NCBI RefSeq assembly: GCF_009914755.1 | Contig: NC_060933.1 | DNA from: the human T2T-CHM13v2.0 reference genome, Homo sapiens | DNA: 64,000 nt | Strand: one strand, 5' to 3' | Shown: one piece after another, positions 60,519-64,000 of the stretch | Layout: the number at the start of each line of letters is the position of its first letter | Numbering within the stretch: the stretch's first letter is position 1 | Position numbers and translations under genes: made by a program | The notes under the pieces: generated by a model | The model's input: only the letters and a program-made list of their open reading frames with translations | The model's database searches: none | Told to the model about the DNA's origin: nothing

Positions 60519-61111
60519 TCAAAGACAAGCAAGGGGACCACTGTGCTAGAGCAGAAGTGGGTGACAGGAAGAGTGATAAGAGGCAAGATCAGAAAGGTAG
60601 CGATGGCCTTACCACATGGATCCAAGATTGTCATTAGGATTTGGGCTTTTACTCTGGGATGGCAAGTCACTGGAAAATAATGAGATGAGAAGAAACATGA
60701 TCTGATTTATGTTTTAGTAGAAACACTCTGGCTGCCATGTGTAGGGGGCAAGAGTGGAGACAGGGAGACTATTTAGGAGACCATTGAATAATCCTTGTAA
60801 GAGATGATGAAACTTGAACCAGGTGGTAAAGCTGATGAGAAGTGGCCATATACTGAATATATGTGAAGGTTGTCAGCATTATATGCTGAAGTACTGGATG
60901 TGGAAATATAAGAGAAAGATAAAAGCAAAGACAGCCCAAGGTAGATAGAGGATACAGGAGGTCTAAAGACTCAGCCCTGGGGCTATCCAATCTTTAGGGA
61001 TTGGGAATCTGGGAACAAACCTGTAAAAGAGACTGAAAAGGAATAGCCAGTGAGGTACGAGGGAAAACGAGAGTGGTATCCCAGAAAGCAGATGCAGAAA
61101 GCAGAAGAGGC

Positions 61112-61470
61112 AGCCAAGAGCAATGGCTTGTGCCTGTAATCCTGGCACTTTGGGAGGCCAAGATGGGAGGATCACTTAAGCCCAGGAGCTCGTGACCAGA
61201 CTGGGCAACACAGTGAGACCTCATCACTAGAAAAAATTTTAAAAATTAGGTAAGCATGGTGGTACACGCCTGTGGTCCCAGCTACTTGGGAGACTGAGGC
61301 AGAAGGGCTGCTTGAGCCCAGGAGGTCAAGTGAACCATGAGCCCAGGAGGTCAAGTGAGCCACTGCAGCCCATGGCTGCAGTCAGCCATGTTCACACCAC
61401 TGCACTCTAGACTGGGCAACAGAGCAAGACCCTGTCTCAAAAAAGAAAAAAAGAAAAAGGGGGAGAAAAA
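61112..61470 (+). mobile_element. AluJ with internal rearrangement
   Basis: AluJ arms; TSD-like gaaagcagaagagg / gaaagtggaggagg. Confidence 0.88.
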
Positions 61471-63169
61471 GAAAGTGGAGGAGGAAGTGATTAACCATGC
61501 TAAATGCTGCTGAATGATGGAGAAAAATGAAGCCTGGGAACTGATCCCTAGATATCACCATGGTGGGGGAGAGGGAATGACACAGATGACCTTAATAAGA
61601 GCTGTTTCAGTAGAATAATAGAGGCACACTCTAAAAGTTTGTGCCGCTAAAGTGGTGCTGAATTGTCCATTCCAATCTTTAAAATCCTAGAGACAGATCT
61701 TGATTAACTTGGTTCAGGTCAGGTACCCATCAAGCAATTATGGCCATGAGGAAAGGCAATTTGGTGGCTCGGTGGTGGACCAGTCAACAGTGGGGAATCT
61801 CATGCTGTCATGGAAGACCATGGGCATTCTTGAAATATAAATGTGGATGGAGAAAGGGGGCAATTCCTAGGAAAAGAAAGATGACATCTGCATGGATCCC
61901 CTCCATTGGTTCTATCACTTAATCTTTAATTATAAAATGGGGTTGAAAGTTCCAGTTTCACAGAACTGATGTCAAAATCAGATTGAACAAGAAAATGTAG
62001 TGAATGAACTCTGCACATACTGTAACTTCTATACAAGCATAATGGGTTACCATTAGGTTGCCATAATGGAAGTCCACACCATATGGTGCTTCTCCAGCCA
62101 CATTCCTGTGCGCCATGAAGATGTAGGTATATATACTCCAAGTTTAGCTTGATGTCCTGGCTAGTGCAGGAAAAACACAATTCCCCCCACCACCCCCCGA
62201 GTTTAAATATGAGGAGCTCTTAGAAAAATGTGCTGTTGACATCTCACTAAACAGAAGCAGAAGCCATCCCAAGAGGAGCTTAAAAGAGTAGTAATGTAAG
62301 GCTCCAAAGAAAAATAAGAAATCATTGGCAAAGAGGGACAGAAAAGAAGCAAATAAAGGAGTTCTCTTTCCTTTTTTCTTCTACATGTCTGCATGCTGTG
62401 GGGATTTGTCCTTGTCCTTTCTTTCTAGTTCTGACAAAGTATTTCAAATCTGGAGTGTTTTTAATATAAAAAGAGACCTTGAAGAGCTTTAACGCCAAAT
62501 GAGCCCAATTACTCCTTGGCTGTATGTTTGGTACTTAAGGAGGCTTATTAATTCTTTGATACTAAAATGAGTCCTATTTGAAGACAGATGGGAGAAAATT
62601 TTGTTCTCATCCATAGAGAATTAAGAATTTTTAAAGACTACTAAGACCAGTCTTACTTTTTTTCTGGGAGTTGGAGATGTTCTCTTATTTTACCAAATGA
62701 GGAATTCTCTAACAAGTCTCAGAGCATGAATATGTCACTCTTTTTCTGTGATACTCTCACCTTTTAAATGAACCATGCAAATCAAGAGAAAAGATGTTAA
62801 AGTTTTGAAACCTCAGGCACAAATTAAGTTTGTATCAGGTGGGACTACATTCTCATTTGTGTTTACTTCATGGGTATTTGTATGTCAGCCTTATATACTC
62901 CAGAAAGATGGATCAATGCCCATGATGGTTTTCTTTTTAATATGAATCATTTGTAATTCTTACACAGGGAATACATTTTTCAATTATGCACTTAAAGAAC
63001 CAATAATTCTTCTCACAGAGCCTTAAAATCACAGTAAAATGTTCTCATATTGGTATTAAAATTAGTAAAAGTAATTTTATCTTCCTTGTTTATGGGATAG
63101 ATTTCTCACATTCTGAAATGCCTCTACTCTTTCCTCAACTCTCACTCAAATTTTCAAAACGATTACAAT

Positions 63170-63545
63170 AGGTGTTACTAGGGTTTGGATTCTTTGCTAC
63201 TCCTCCCTCCAAAATCCTTCCTCTGGGAGCTTGTTCTTCCTTGCCTCCTTGACTTCAGGCTTGGTCATGTGACTTGCTTTGGCCAATGAGATATGAAAGA
63301 AAATAATATGTACATTTTGGGGTAAAGCCTTAAGAACTATCACACGGCTACCATCTTCTCTTTTCCCTCACCCAATATCAGCAGCCATGTCCCAACTAGC
63401 ATTACACCCTCAGCATAGGTCCTAAAATAAAGATCAAGTGGAGCTATATGATGGACATACAGCATGAACAAGAGATAAAAGTTTGTTGTCGTCAAGCTCT
63501 GCGATTTCAGAGATCCTTTGTTACTGCAGCAAAACTTAATCTGAG
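63170..63545 (+). mobile_element. MLT1 (J-like) solo LTR
   Basis: ggcttggtcatgtgacttgctttggccaatga...atggacatacagcatgaacaaga...tttgttactgcagcaaaact. Confidence 0.75.
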
Positions 63546-64000
63546 AATGAGAAAGGGCTTTGTAGATTGTTTTACATATTATGTTTATGTAATATAAATA
63601 TTATAATAATTGGTAAAAACTATAAGATCTACAAATTTTCTGGTACAGTTCAAAGGAATGGGAATAGCAAGAAGAGTACACGAAGTGAGTTGGCATGTCT
63701 GTGTTACAGAACAATAATTCTCAGATTATTTTTGCCCATGGGCCACACCATTAGATTACGTCTACTCTAGGTCTATAAAAGGACTCCCCAGGGCTGCAGG
63801 AGTCTTGTCATTTTATAAGAAGGACTCTCAGAGCACACCTACAAGATCACTATTCAATGTATGATCTGTAAACTTTTTCACCATTCTGCAATAAGACGAG
63901 CCCAGAAATTAGGAATAAGTGTGTAGAAATTCTTATAGCAACTTGATATTGCCAGAATATCCAAGCTCAAGATTGGTGAAATTGTCTTGTTGAATGAGGT

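Overview
Primate genomic DNA (probably human or another catarrhine, judged from AluY, L1PA6, THE1 and MST elements), intronic or intergenic and dominated by transposable elements. I find no supportable host protein-coding exon, RNA gene or CRISPR array. The ORFs I can recognise in the track are broken LINE-1 ORF1/ORF2 remnants or Alu-derived frames; the rest look like short chance ORFs. Main landmarks: (1) a four-level nest of L2 > ERV1 solo LTR > near-full-length L1MA2 > six Alus (about 1.35-11.0 kb); (2) a TSD-flanked chimeric antisense L1 block with a probable 5' inversion (40.8-44.2 kb); (3) an L1PA6 with both ends present, two large internal deletions and an apparent 113-bp 3' transduction, inserted into the tail of a FLAM (50.5-55.9 kb); (4) several local templated duplications (183 bp, 90 bp, 33 bp) and fold-back junctions. 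Subfamily names come from recalled consensus sequences, not from a RepeatMasker run. I see no evidence for a new biological system; the most interesting signals are fossil retrotransposition and DNA-repair events readable directly in the sequence.
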